64,000 nucleotides of DNA. Source: Escherichia phage 308Ecol101PP. Location of the stretch: the sequence record OR062945.1. One strand, given 5' to 3'. Numbering within the stretch: position 1 is the stretch's first letter; every line of letters starts with the position of its first letter. The position numbers and the translations under genes were made by a program. Shown in pieces: positions 36,251 to 44,635 of the stretch. The notes beneath the pieces are model-generated. The model made no database searches. It was not told the origin of the DNA and worked only from the letters and a program-made list of their open reading frames with translations.

Positions 36251-36431
36251 TATGGACCTTATGAGTATGTTTGACGAGCCTGAAGTTGAGGCTCCTAAAG
36301 TGCATCGTAGTGAACTTATTGATGAACTAGATAGTATTATACAACGACACGGCTTTAGTTTACCTGTTGAAGCCCTGAAAGACCTTGCATCTTATTATGA
36401 CGACCCTCCACCATGGAGTCCTTGGAAATGA
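36243..36431 (+). CDS. hypothetical acidic protein
   Basis: 62-aa ORF. Confidence 0.4.
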   Translation: MNNMDLMSMFDEPEVEAPKVHRSELIDELDSIIQRHGFSLPVEALKDLASYYDDPPPWSPWK

Positions 36432-36592
36432 AAGAGAAATTGAAAGAGAAATTCTTACTAGAAATCAAGGAAAAAGACTTTGAGACATGGTATCGAATGG
36501 TGAAAGGGCTGACATTGCTTTTTAAAGCATCGTTATTCATGTTAGAACAACCTGGTCCTGATGGGCCTTTAGTAGGAAAGCTTAAAAAGTAG
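36428..36592 (+). CDS. hypothetical protein (54 aa, not in ORF track)
   Basis: Hand-translated ATG 36428 (ATGA overlap) to TAG 36590-36592. Confidence 0.3.
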   Translation: MKEKLKEKFLLEIKEKDFETWYRMVKGLTLLFKASLFMLEQPGPDGPLVGKLKK

Positions 36593-36620
36593 TTTACATT
36601 CCCTCCTCTCGTGTTATGAT
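36592..36620 (+). promoter_or_regulatory. early promoter (GTTTAC, 17 nt, TATGAT) upstream of modA
   Basis: Hexamers read directly. Confidence 0.45.
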
Positions 36621-36647
36621 AGGCTTATCTTTAAATGGAGGTCTATC

Positions 36648-37229
36648 ATGACATGTCAATCTGAACTTCAAGAACGTGAATACCTAACAAATCTGATTGA
36701 TAGCAAATTCACCCGCCAAGAACAAAACATTCTCTGGGCTTGCACCGATTCTAAGGAAGACCCAGATTTCCACTATGAATTAGACCATCTTGTTCGTAAG
36801 CATATGACTTCTACAGTACCAGTAGAACTCTACCGTGGTGTAACTCCAGAAGAAGTAGAACGTCTTTCCCTTCTTTCTGTGGGATGCCATTGGTCTCCTG
36901 GACGAGTAACATCGTTCACAACTGATTTCAGTACAGCTCGTCAATTCTCCGGGAGATGGGAATATCAGACGTACACTATTCTTAGTCTCAGGAATGCTCC
37001 GTTCATTTTTGATTACTACCAAAACATGGTTAACATTGTACTCGCCGGAAAGAACCCTAAGCATGTTATGGAAGAAACTCGTATCGATGTCCTAGATATG
37101 ATTGAATCTGAGCAAGAGTACATGGTCTCAGGTATCTCTAGATTTGAGATTGTGGAAATTGAAGACTTAGAATATGACCCTTTATCTCGGTTATACAAAA
37201 TCATTCATTTGAAAATGTTGAATTTTTAG
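36648..37229 (+). CDS. modA: ADP-ribosyltransferase ModA-like
   Basis: 193 aa with ART R-S-ExE pattern (LYRGV ... SFTTDFSTA ... ESEQEYM); T4 modA and modB are adjacent as here. Confidence 0.7.
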   Translation: MTCQSELQEREYLTNLIDSKFTRQEQNILWACTDSKEDPDFHYELDHLVRKHMTSTVPVELYRGVTPEEVERLSLLSVGCHWSPGRVTSFTTDFSTARQFSGRWEYQTYTILSLRNAPFIFDYYQNMVNIVLAGKNPKHVMEETRIDVLDMIESEQEYMVSGISRFEIVEIEDLEYDPLSRLYKIIHLKMLNF

Positions 37230-37258
37230 TGTACAAACTCTTCCGATGATGATACTAT
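37229..37258 (+). promoter_or_regulatory. candidate early promoter (GTGTAC ... TACTAT)
   Basis: 18-nt spacing. Confidence 0.4.
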
Positions 37259-37286
37259 ACCTTTATCAACCATAGGAGAAACCTAA

Positions 37287-37895
37287 ATGTTTATGCCGTA
37301 TAACGAGTGTGAAATTGAAGAAATGGTTCGTCGTGCTCAAAACCCCGAATATCAAGATGTATTGCAGTACGAAATTGATAGTCAATTCAGCGATAATGAA
37401 CAAAGCGTCCTTTGGCAGTGTATGGAAAACAAGCCAGACTGTATTCAACAGGAGTTAAGTTCAATCGTTCGTAGAAATTGGACGTCTTCTGTTCCTGAGA
37501 CAATGTATCGTGGAATCTCTAAGAAAACTATGGCCACACTCGATGATAAAGGCATTGGTAGTATTATTAAATTTGACAGAGTAATGAGCTTCAGCCCAGT
37601 GTTCGGTGTAGCGCGTAACTTTGCTTCGTATAATTTTTACGGAACATTTAATATGTTCTGCATCAAAGATGCACCATTTGCTTTCAACTTCCGTGAACAT
37701 ATGCTTAATATGATTCTGGCTGCACCATCTTGTGAGTTCAATGGAGCTTTCCCTGAAGCGACAAGACGGTCTAATGCTAGACTTATATCTGACGAATGTG
37801 AATTTATGCTCCCTATAGGGACTACACTGCGTGTAGATTCTATTATTCAAGATGGACGTTATACAATCTGGAATCTGTCTATTGTCAGTTACTGA
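37287..37895 (+). CDS. modB: ADP-ribosyltransferase ModB-like
   Basis: 202 aa with ART pattern (MYRGIS ... SFSPVFGVA ... SDECEFM); paralogous to the upstream gene. Confidence 0.7.
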   Translation: MFMPYNECEIEEMVRRAQNPEYQDVLQYEIDSQFSDNEQSVLWQCMENKPDCIQQELSSIVRRNWTSSVPETMYRGISKKTMATLDDKGIGSIIKFDRVMSFSPVFGVARNFASYNFYGTFNMFCIKDAPFAFNFREHMLNMILAAPSCEFNGAFPEATRRSNARLISDECEFMLPIGTTLRVDSIIQDGRYTIWNLSIVSY

Positions 37896-37969
37896 CTGAA
37901 TTGGAATAACCGGATGGAACTCAGAACCATTATAACACATAAAAAATTAAAGCATTTTATGAAAAAAGA

Positions 37970-37998
37970 GTGTACACTACCTGAGGGCATGATATTAT
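37970..37998 (+). promoter_or_regulatory. candidate early promoter (GTGTAC, 17 nt, TATTAT)
   Basis: Hexamers read directly. Confidence 0.4.
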
Positions 37999-38048
37999 AA
38001 GCTTATCAGCTAAACGACCTTAACGTCCGTAAGACAGAGGAAAATATT

Positions 38049-38795
38049 ATGTTATCAAATAATAAAATTAACAAAATTAATCGTCGTCTTGACCACACCA
38101 GAGCTTCTGCGAAGAGACGCTCTAAGGATTTTAACTTAGACTTTAATTACCTTAAAAACATTCTTGATCAAAAGGTCTGTGCTTACTCAGGTGAATCTTT
38201 TAATAACTCTGTTGAAGGTGAGAAATTATCCTTAGAACGTTTTAATAATGATATAGGCTACATTAAAGGTAATGTTATCCCGGTTAAGAAAAAATATAAC
38301 ACGGCTCGTTCTGATTTAACATTAGAAGAACTTATTGAGAAACGCGATGCCATTGCAAGACGTATCGCTAATCCTTCGGCCCGTAAAGTAGAGAAACTTA
38401 ATCTCGACGAGAAGAAATGGGCCCAAATTAAAAAGGTTTATGGTACTATTTTAAAAATCCGAGCAAAACGTGAAAATCGTGTTAAGCATATGGCGAACAT
38501 GATGAAAAATCAACCTTTATCTAACGAATCTAAACTTAGAATTGTTGCTTTGAAAGCACGCATTAATGGCTCACATCAAGCAGAAGGCCATGAACTTACT
38601 AAACTCAACGTTCTTCTTAAAGGCTCTGACTGGAAAACTAAAACTAAATTAACTGACGCTGAATCGCTTTTCGATACATATGATAAAGTTATCCAAGGTC
38701 TGCAACGTTTTGAAAAGATTGGTTTCATTGGTAAATTAAAATTGAAACGTGGCTTACCACTTAGCGCATCATTATTCCAACTGATTAAAGGTTAA
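38049..38795 (+). CDS. srd: Srd-like protein (by position between modB and dda)
   Basis: 248 aa basic protein; assignment rests on synteny only. Confidence 0.4.
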   Translation: MLSNNKINKINRRLDHTRASAKRRSKDFNLDFNYLKNILDQKVCAYSGESFNNSVEGEKLSLERFNNDIGYIKGNVIPVKKKYNTARSDLTLEELIEKRDAIARRIANPSARKVEKLNLDEKKWAQIKKVYGTILKIRAKRENRVKHMANMMKNQPLSNESKLRIVALKARINGSHQAEGHELTKLNVLLKGSDWKTKTKLTDAESLFDTYDKVIQGLQRFEKIGFIGKLKLKRGLPLSASLFQLIKG

Positions 38796-38797
38796 TT

Positions 38798-39109
38798 ATG
38801 GTTTATGTATATGCAATAGTTTATCGAGATATGGAAGGATTTACTGTCCCGGTTCCACTTGATGAGCATCGTCCTGCAGTATTTTTTAGAAAGGATATTG
38901 CAGATAAAGTTTTCGATACTTTGAAAACACAGTATAAAACAGATTTAAAAATGGGAGTTCTAAGAATGGTTGAAACTCCGCGTAAGTTCTGGTTTAATAA
39001 GCTTGAAATGAAACACGTTAAACTAGATGCGGAGACGCAAAGATTGTATCAACGAATCCTGGACACAGGCCGTATTGTTAGTATTCCAATTGCAGGGACT
39101 TTACGATGA
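38798..39109 (+). CDS. hypothetical protein (dda.1 locus)
   Basis: 103-aa ORF. Confidence 0.45.
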   Translation: MVYVYAIVYRDMEGFTVPVPLDEHRPAVFFRKDIADKVFDTLKTQYKTDLKMGVLRMVETPRKFWFNKLEMKHVKLDAETQRLYQRILDTGRIVSIPIAGTLR

Positions 39110-40419
39110 CATTTGATGATTTGACTGAAGGCCAGAAAAACGCCTTCAACGTTGTTATGGAAGCTATTAAAGAAAAGAAACATCATGTAACTATTAATGG
39201 ACCTGCTGGTACAGGTAAAACAACCCTTACTAGATTCATCGTTGAAGCCCTTATTTCTTCTGGAGAATCAGGTATTATTTTAGCAGCCCCTACACATGCT
39301 GCTAAAAAGGTTCTAAGCAAACTTGCTGGTCAAGAAGCATCGACTATTCATAGCATTCTTAAAATCAACCCAACTACATACGAAGAAAACGTATTGTTTG
39401 AACAGAAAAAGGTTCCAGACTTAGCCTTGTGTCGTGTACTGTTATTTGATGAAGCGTCAATGTGCGACCGTTCTCTGTTTAAAATAATGTTAGCTAGTAT
39501 CCCTAAATGGTGTACAGTAATTGGAATCGGCGACCGATGCCAGATTCGTCCGGTAGACCCAGGCGAATCAACTGCGTATCTAAGTCCTTTCTTCACTCAC
39601 AAAGACTTCGTGCAATGCAACCTTACAGAAGTTAAACGTAGCAATGCACCAATTATTGATGTTGCGACTGATATTCGTAATGGCAAATGGATTTACGATA
39701 AAGTAGTTGATGGGCACGGCGTTCATGGATATACAGACCTTAAATCGTATATGATGAACTATTTTAACGTCGTTAAAACTCCTGAAGACCTTTTCGAAAA
39801 TCGAATGATGGCATTCACAAATAAGTCGGTGGACAAGTTAAATTCAATTATTCGCCGAAAACTTCTTGAAACAGAAAAACCATTTATTAAAGACGAAGTC
39901 ATTGTTCTACAAGAGCCATTTACTAAGACATATAAGCTAGACGGTAAAAATATGACCGAAATGCTTTTCAATAATGGGCAATTCGTTCGTATTCGAGATG
40001 CTGTAGAAACGTCTACATTCGTTAAAGCACGTGGTGTTTCAGGCGAATATATGATACGATACTGGAATCTTACAGTAGAAACATATGGTGATGATGAAGA
40101 ATACGTCCGAGAGGATATAAAGGTTATTTCTTCTGAAGAAGAGCTTTATAAATTCAATTTGTTTTTGGCTAAGACCGCAGAAACATACAAATTCTGGAAT
40201 AAAGGTGGTAAAGCTCCATGGAGCGAATTCTGGGATGCTAAACGTATGTTCACTAAGGTGAAGGCACTACCAGTATCAACCTTCCATAAGGCCCAGGGTA
40301 TGTCTGTTGACACAGCCTTTGTTTATACACCGTGTATCCATTATGCCGATTCAGAATTAGCTAAACAGTTATTGTATGTCGGCACAACTCGTGGTCGGTT
40401 TGACGTCCATTTTATTTGA
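39106..40419 (+). CDS. dda: DNA helicase Dda (SF1)
   Basis: 437 aa, Walker A GPAGTGKTT, Walker B LLFDEASM. Confidence 0.85.
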   Translation: MTFDDLTEGQKNAFNVVMEAIKEKKHHVTINGPAGTGKTTLTRFIVEALISSGESGIILAAPTHAAKKVLSKLAGQEASTIHSILKINPTTYEENVLFEQKKVPDLALCRVLLFDEASMCDRSLFKIMLASIPKWCTVIGIGDRCQIRPVDPGESTAYLSPFFTHKDFVQCNLTEVKRSNAPIIDVATDIRNGKWIYDKVVDGHGVHGYTDLKSYMMNYFNVVKTPEDLFENRMMAFTNKSVDKLNSIIRRKLLETEKPFIKDEVIVLQEPFTKTYKLDGKNMTEMLFNNGQFVRIRDAVETSTFVKARGVSGEYMIRYWNLTVETYGDDEEYVREDIKVISSEEELYKFNLFLAKTAETYKFWNKGGKAPWSEFWDAKRMFTKVKALPVSTFHKAQGMSVDTAFVYTPCIHYADSELAKQLLYVGTTRGRFDVHFI

Positions 40420-40428
40420 GAGAAAATT

Positions 40429-41106
40429 ATGAGCACTGACGTTATTATAGATTTTGAAACATTCGGCAATACATCAAAAGCGGCTGTTATTGACCTTGCG
40501 GTTATTGCATATAATTCCGACCCTGAAGTTGTTGAATCATTTGAAGAACTTGTTCAACGAGGTAAGCGAATTAAATTTAATTTAGCTTCTCAGAAAGGGA
40601 AGCGAGTTTTCGCTAAATCCACTATGAAATGGTGGAAAGAACAATCGGCTGAAGCACGTAAAAACTTGGCTCCGTCTGAAGACGATGTCACTACGCTTGA
40701 AGGCATCAAAATCTTTTTAGATTATTGCCGAGCTAATAAAGTTGACCAATGGAAATCACAGATGTGGTGCCGTGGTATGAGCTTTGACTTCCCGATCTTG
40801 GTCGATTTGATTCGTGACCTCTATCGTGATGAAGGTGTTCTTGAACCAGATATTGATACTGATAAATTAGAACCGGTTAAATTCTGGGCTCAACGCGATA
40901 TTCGTACGGCAATCGAAGCTTACTCGTTGACACGAGGATTAAGTATGTGTCCATTACCGATGGGTACGCTAAAAGGATTCGTTGCCCATGATAGTGTTCA
41001 TGATTGTGCTAAAGATATTTTGATGTTAAAATATGCTCAGCGTTATGCGCTTGGTCTTGAAGATGTCCCTGAGAATCCTGACCCGTTAAGTGTAAAACAG
41101 CGATAA
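40429..41106 (+). CDS. dexA: exonuclease A (DnaQ-like 3'-5' exonuclease)
   Basis: 225 aa with exo motif IIDFETFG; T4 DexA is 227 aa. Confidence 0.8.
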   Translation: MSTDVIIDFETFGNTSKAAVIDLAVIAYNSDPEVVESFEELVQRGKRIKFNLASQKGKRVFAKSTMKWWKEQSAEARKNLAPSEDDVTTLEGIKIFLDYCRANKVDQWKSQMWCRGMSFDFPILVDLIRDLYRDEGVLEPDIDTDKLEPVKFWAQRDIRTAIEAYSLTRGLSMCPLPMGTLKGFVAHDSVHDCAKDILMLKYAQRYALGLEDVPENPDPLSVKQR

Positions 41107-41111
41107 AATCA

Positions 41112-41141
41112 GTTTACAACCAAGGACGGTTGGAGTATAAT
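41112..41141 (+). promoter_or_regulatory. early promoter (GTTTAC, 18 nt, TATAAT)
   Basis: Hexamers read directly. Confidence 0.5.
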
Positions 41142-41171
41142 CTTTCTATCTTAACCAAACGGGAAACAATT

Positions 41172-41666
41172 ATGAATATCAATACTACGTCTACTTACAT
41201 CCTGAAAGACGAAAAACAAATCAACTGGTACGGTGCTTCAGTGCGAGCTTATGAAAAGTTTTGTGAAATTTTAGGTGCCACTCAAGGTAATAGTTTCACT
41301 ATTGTTAACTTCATCAAACAAGTTGAAGGCCCTTGGTTATTCTTAGAAATTAAAAATTCATACGGTACAATTTCTACTACTGCCCTTCCGAGCACCGACT
41401 TTGAACTCTTGATTGAAGAAGCACCTGTTAAAGATGGTCTCCACTTTGATATGGATATCGTTTGTATGTACGGTACTCTGATTAAGCCTATTGAGCCTAC
41501 TGATTTATTGTGTAAATATGTTTCAATTCGACGCCCATTCGATGGTCCAGTAAATGGATGGGTAACTGACCAGTGGATTGAAGATGGGGTTGAACTTCTG
41601 AACGTTGTTCATGCCGGTGATTTTAGTGTGGTTCCGCGTAGTGCTGTGGTTAATATCCTTAATTAA
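41172..41666 (+). CDS. dexA.1-family paralog A
   Basis: Track ORF starts at TTG inside the promoter; ATG at 41172; C-terminal module GWVTDQWIEDGVELLNVVHAGDFSVVP shared with the next two genes. Confidence 0.5.
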   Translation: MNINTTSTYILKDEKQINWYGASVRAYEKFCEILGATQGNSFTIVNFIKQVEGPWLFLEIKNSYGTISTTALPSTDFELLIEEAPVKDGLHFDMDIVCMYGTLIKPIEPTDLLCKYVSIRRPFDGPVNGWVTDQWIEDGVELLNVVHAGDFSVVPRSAVVNILN

Positions 41667-41668
41667 TG

Positions 41669-41698
41669 TTGTACATCCAAGGATGGATGGAGTATAGT
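41669..41698 (+). promoter_or_regulatory. candidate early promoter (TTGTAC ... TATAGT)
   Basis: 18-nt spacing. Confidence 0.4.
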
Positions 41699-41726
41699 GA
41701 ATTCAATTTAAACAAAGAGAGAAATT

Positions 41727-42257
41727 ATGATTACTATTGGTGAAATCCTTCGTGTATCTCCTGCTTCTCGTTCTAAAGCTGCAGGTCGTCTGGTTGAAGT
41801 AGCAGGACTTCGTACTAACGGCATGGGACGTGTTAAAGAAGTTAAAGTTCGAATCATCCCCAGTTTTGGCGGACAAGACGCCCAGTATGCTTACGTAAGT
41901 CCTAAATTCCTGGAAAAACATATACGAGTCCAATTTGCTTCAAGCGAAGAAGTTGCACCTGCACACTTTGCTTCTGTTGAAGAAGTTGAATCACGTGATG
42001 GATACGTATGTGAATCCACTGAGCCTAATGTACAGTTCAAATGGGCCCTTTGCAAAGGCGTTGAATTTATAACCGATAAAGAATTTGATTACATCGACGA
42101 ATACGGTTATCCAAGCAAAACTGATATTATGTGTGGCTTCATTAGTGACCAATGGGTTGAAGATGGTGAAAAGTTATACAATATCGTATTCTTAGGTGAC
42201 TTCCGAGTTGTTAAAGAATCTGAAATCACTCGCTATGTGTCTCCTCGTAAAGCTTAA
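41727..42257 (+). CDS. dexA.1-family paralog B
   Basis: 176 aa; N-terminal ASRSKAAGRLVEV and C-terminal GFISDQWVEDGEKLYNIVFLGDFRVV shared with paralog C. Confidence 0.5.
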   Translation: MITIGEILRVSPASRSKAAGRLVEVAGLRTNGMGRVKEVKVRIIPSFGGQDAQYAYVSPKFLEKHIRVQFASSEEVAPAHFASVEEVESRDGYVCESTEPNVQFKWALCKGVEFITDKEFDYIDEYGYPSKTDIMCGFISDQWVEDGEKLYNIVFLGDFRVVKESEITRYVSPRKA

Positions 42258-42266
42258 GGAATTATT

Positions 42267-42686
42267 ATGAATATTGTAAATCTCTCTACAGGTGATTACG
42301 TATATGTATCTGTTGCTTCTCGCTCTAAAGTTGCCGGGAAGTTGGTTGAAGTTCTTTCTGTGAGTGATCCGGTTTTTGGTCGTAACCAAGTTAAAGTTCG
42401 TGACGCTGATGGCAACATTGGTTACGTTAAAAGCCAATTCATTGAACCGGAAGAAAAAGCGTTCAAATGGAAACTGTGCAGGTCTGTTTTAGTTGTAAAA
42501 GACCATGAATTTACTATTGCTGCTGCAACTGACGGGTCTCCATGGTCAACGAATCAAGTTGCTGGTTTTATTTCGGACCAATGGGTAGAAGATGGTGTTA
42601 AGCTTTATAACATCGTTTTCGCTGGACAGTTCATGGTAGTTCCTGAGTTCCAAATCAAAAAATATTGTCCAGCATCTTTTGCATAA
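42267..42686 (+). CDS. dexA.1-family paralog C
   Basis: 139 aa; ASRSKVAGKLVEV ... GFISDQWVEDGVKLYNIVFAGQFMVV. Confidence 0.5.
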   Translation: MNIVNLSTGDYVYVSVASRSKVAGKLVEVLSVSDPVFGRNQVKVRDADGNIGYVKSQFIEPEEKAFKWKLCRSVLVVKDHEFTIAAATDGSPWSTNQVAGFISDQWVEDGVKLYNIVFAGQFMVVPEFQIKKYCPASFA

Positions 42687-42690
42687 AGTT

Positions 42691-42719
42691 GTTTACTTCT
42701 CCTCTGGATTTGGTATTAT
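42691..42719 (+). promoter_or_regulatory. early promoter (GTTTAC, 17 nt, TATTAT) inside a 10-bp inverted repeat
   Basis: Arms TCTCCTCTGG (42698-42707) and CCAGAGGAGA (42731-42740); the downstream arm contains the Shine-Dalgarno sequence. Confidence 0.5.
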
Positions 42720-42745
42720 ATCCATATCAACCAGAGGAGAATAAT

Positions 42746-43270
42746 ATGTTAGTTTACCGCGTAGAACGTAGTTTTTGTACTCAACGTGAATCATTACCAG
42801 GAATTGCTATCGAAGATGGTAAAGCCGTCAGAATTTGGGAAACCTCTTGGAATAAAGAACCTCGCTCGCCATACGGCTGGTCGGGCACCGACAACTCTGA
42901 AGAAACATGGGAGTTCCTTGATAAGCATGGAATACTCTCAGGTAACTTCTACCATCATGGCGACAACTATAATGTCCCTAATCGTCCTACAGTAAATGAA
43001 GACAAACTCCTTGAACAAAATATCTTAAGATACTATAGAATTGATCACACATTTGAATTGAGTGAAGATTGGGCTCAAGGGTTCTATTTTGGATTTGAAA
43101 GTGTTGACGCGGTTTATGCATGGTTTGATGACCAGGTGGATGTTGAACTCTTGAAAGCTAAAGGATACTACATCGCGGTCTATGAAGCACCTGATTTCAT
43201 CCTCGGAAGTTGTCAATTAATGTTTAGACGTTCATTGGCAGAACAAGTTGATTTTATTTTGCTAAAATGA
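42746..43270 (+). CDS. hypothetical protein
   Basis: Track ORF 42665..43270 starts upstream of the promoter; ATG 42746 follows the Shine-Dalgarno sequence. Confidence 0.45.
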   Translation: MLVYRVERSFCTQRESLPGIAIEDGKAVRIWETSWNKEPRSPYGWSGTDNSEETWEFLDKHGILSGNFYHHGDNYNVPNRPTVNEDKLLEQNILRYYRIDHTFELSEDWAQGFYFGFESVDAVYAWFDDQVDVELLKAKGYYIAVYEAPDFILGSCQLMFRRSLAEQVDFILLK

Positions 43271-43299
43271 TGTACAACAACTATGGCCTATGATACTAT
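43271..43299 (+). promoter_or_regulatory. candidate early promoter (TGTACA, 17 nt, TACTAT)
   Basis: Followed by the TAGACCTATCAA motif. Confidence 0.4.
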
Positions 43300-43327
43300 A
43301 GACCTATCAAAACAAGAGGAGAATATT

Positions 43328-43555
43328 ATGAAACGTCAAATCATTAAAAACGTAACTACTGATTCAAACATCGATGAGTTTGAAGATGTTCTGTTTAATC
43401 CTGATTTAGTTGTTGTACAGAAAAACTGGACCGAATTTTTATGCTACACCGAAGTGGTTTACGTTTACGAAAAACTCGGTGATGAAATGCCTATCTATGG
43501 TATCTTCCGTGAAATCACTGAAAACGGTACAACTTATTGGAAGGAAACTTATTAA
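43328..43555 (+). CDS. hypothetical protein
   Basis: Track ORF 43283 starts inside the promoter; ATG 43328 has AGAGGAGAATATT upstream. Confidence 0.4.
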   Translation: MKRQIIKNVTTDSNIDEFEDVLFNPDLVVVQKNWTEFLCYTEVVYVYEKLGDEMPIYGIFREITENGTTYWKETY

Positions 43556-43965
43556 TGGCTAATAAATTCCGCGTTAACTCATGGTACCAATTTATAGATA
43601 AACGTACCCAAAAAGAGTTTATTAAAAACCACACTGATAATGGGATTTATGCACGACGTCTTGGCATGGAACCATTTAAAGTATTAGATGTTGACCATCT
43701 TGGCCGTCCTACTAAAATTGTGACATCTACTGGCACGGTTGGATACGCAACAGGCGGTGATATTCTTGATGAAAACTTTATCTGGCTCTCTACTAGTGAA
43801 GCAGAGTTTTTTGATGAAGTGGGAAATCCATATCAAGCGTCCGAAGAGCAAGATTCTGGTGAACTTGACGAATTGACTGAATTTCCTGTGACGACGATTA
43901 CTATCGAAAATAACGACCAGGCATGGTCTTTGTATCAAATGTTGAAAGCACATTTTAAGGAATAA
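43555..43965 (+). CDS. hypothetical protein
   Basis: TAATG overlap; 136 aa. Confidence 0.45.
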   Translation: MANKFRVNSWYQFIDKRTQKEFIKNHTDNGIYARRLGMEPFKVLDVDHLGRPTKIVTSTGTVGYATGGDILDENFIWLSTSEAEFFDEVGNPYQASEEQDSGELDELTEFPVTTITIENNDQAWSLYQMLKAHFKE

Positions 43966-43967
43966 TA

Positions 43968-44147
43968 ATGCCGTTATACGACTATAAATGTCAATCTGAA
44001 GATTGTGGCCATGAATATGAAAAAATTAAAAGGATTTCTGAACGAGAAAACGATGTTTGTCCTGAATGTCATCGTCTGTCTACTCGTCGGGTTTCTGCTC
44101 CTAAACATGTGAACGGTGGTTTTTACGACTTACTTAAGAAGGGTTAA
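43968..44147 (+). CDS. small zinc-ribbon protein (59 aa, not in ORF track)
   Basis: Hand-translated MPLYDYKCQSEDCGHEYE...CPECH; two CxxC pairs, FmdB-like zinc-ribbon pattern. Confidence 0.5.
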   Translation: MPLYDYKCQSEDCGHEYEKIKRISERENDVCPECHRLSTRRVSAPKHVNGGFYDLLKKG

Positions 44148-44149
44148 TT

Positions 44150-44572
44150 ATGGCTTTTAAAGGTTTTGAAGTTGGTAAGAAATATCGTATTATCAAAGGA
44201 CAGGAAGATAATTTCTTGAGAATTCTTAATACGACTGGTAAACGTCTTAACACTACTCTGCATACAGTTTTATTATCAAGAGATTTTATCGTAGAAGAGA
44301 TGATTGGTTACGGTGTTTCAATGATTGCCGCTGAAACCGATGGACCTGGACGTACAATCATTAGTATGCAAGGTGATATTCTGATTTATGGTGCAGAATT
44401 TAAATTCTTTGAAGAAGTTCCGGAACCAGATACAACTGTCGATTTCAAAAAAGGCTCTATAGAATTTGTTGATGGTTCGGTGATCGTATCAGGCGATGTG
44501 GTCATTACAGTTAAAAGTGAACAAGGGCGTTTGGCTGCAATTGATGCACTTCAGAAAATTAAATTTAAATAA
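44150..44572 (+). CDS. hypothetical protein
   Basis: 140-aa ORF followed by a strong terminator. Confidence 0.5.
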   Translation: MAFKGFEVGKKYRIIKGQEDNFLRILNTTGKRLNTTLHTVLLSRDFIVEEMIGYGVSMIAAETDGPGRTIISMQGDILIYGAEFKFFEEVPEPDTTVDFKKGSIEFVDGSVIVSGDVVITVKSEQGRLAAIDALQKIKFK

Positions 44573-44590
44573 GGGCTTCGGCCCTTTTTG
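44573..44590 (+). terminator. rho-independent terminator (UUCG tetraloop)
   Basis: GGGC-TTCG-GCCC followed by T5. Confidence 0.6.
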
Positions 44591-44635
44591 CTTTAGATTT
44601 CGGATGATAGAATACCTTCATAACGAGGAGACAAC

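Noticed and set aside
38049-38795. Possible HNH or homing endonuclease (CAYSGESF...LERFNNDIGYIKGNV resembles HNH-like spacing)
   Set aside because: No His-Asn-His catalytic residues or zinc-binding Cys pairs in register; position between modB and dda fits srd better, although that assignment is itself weak.
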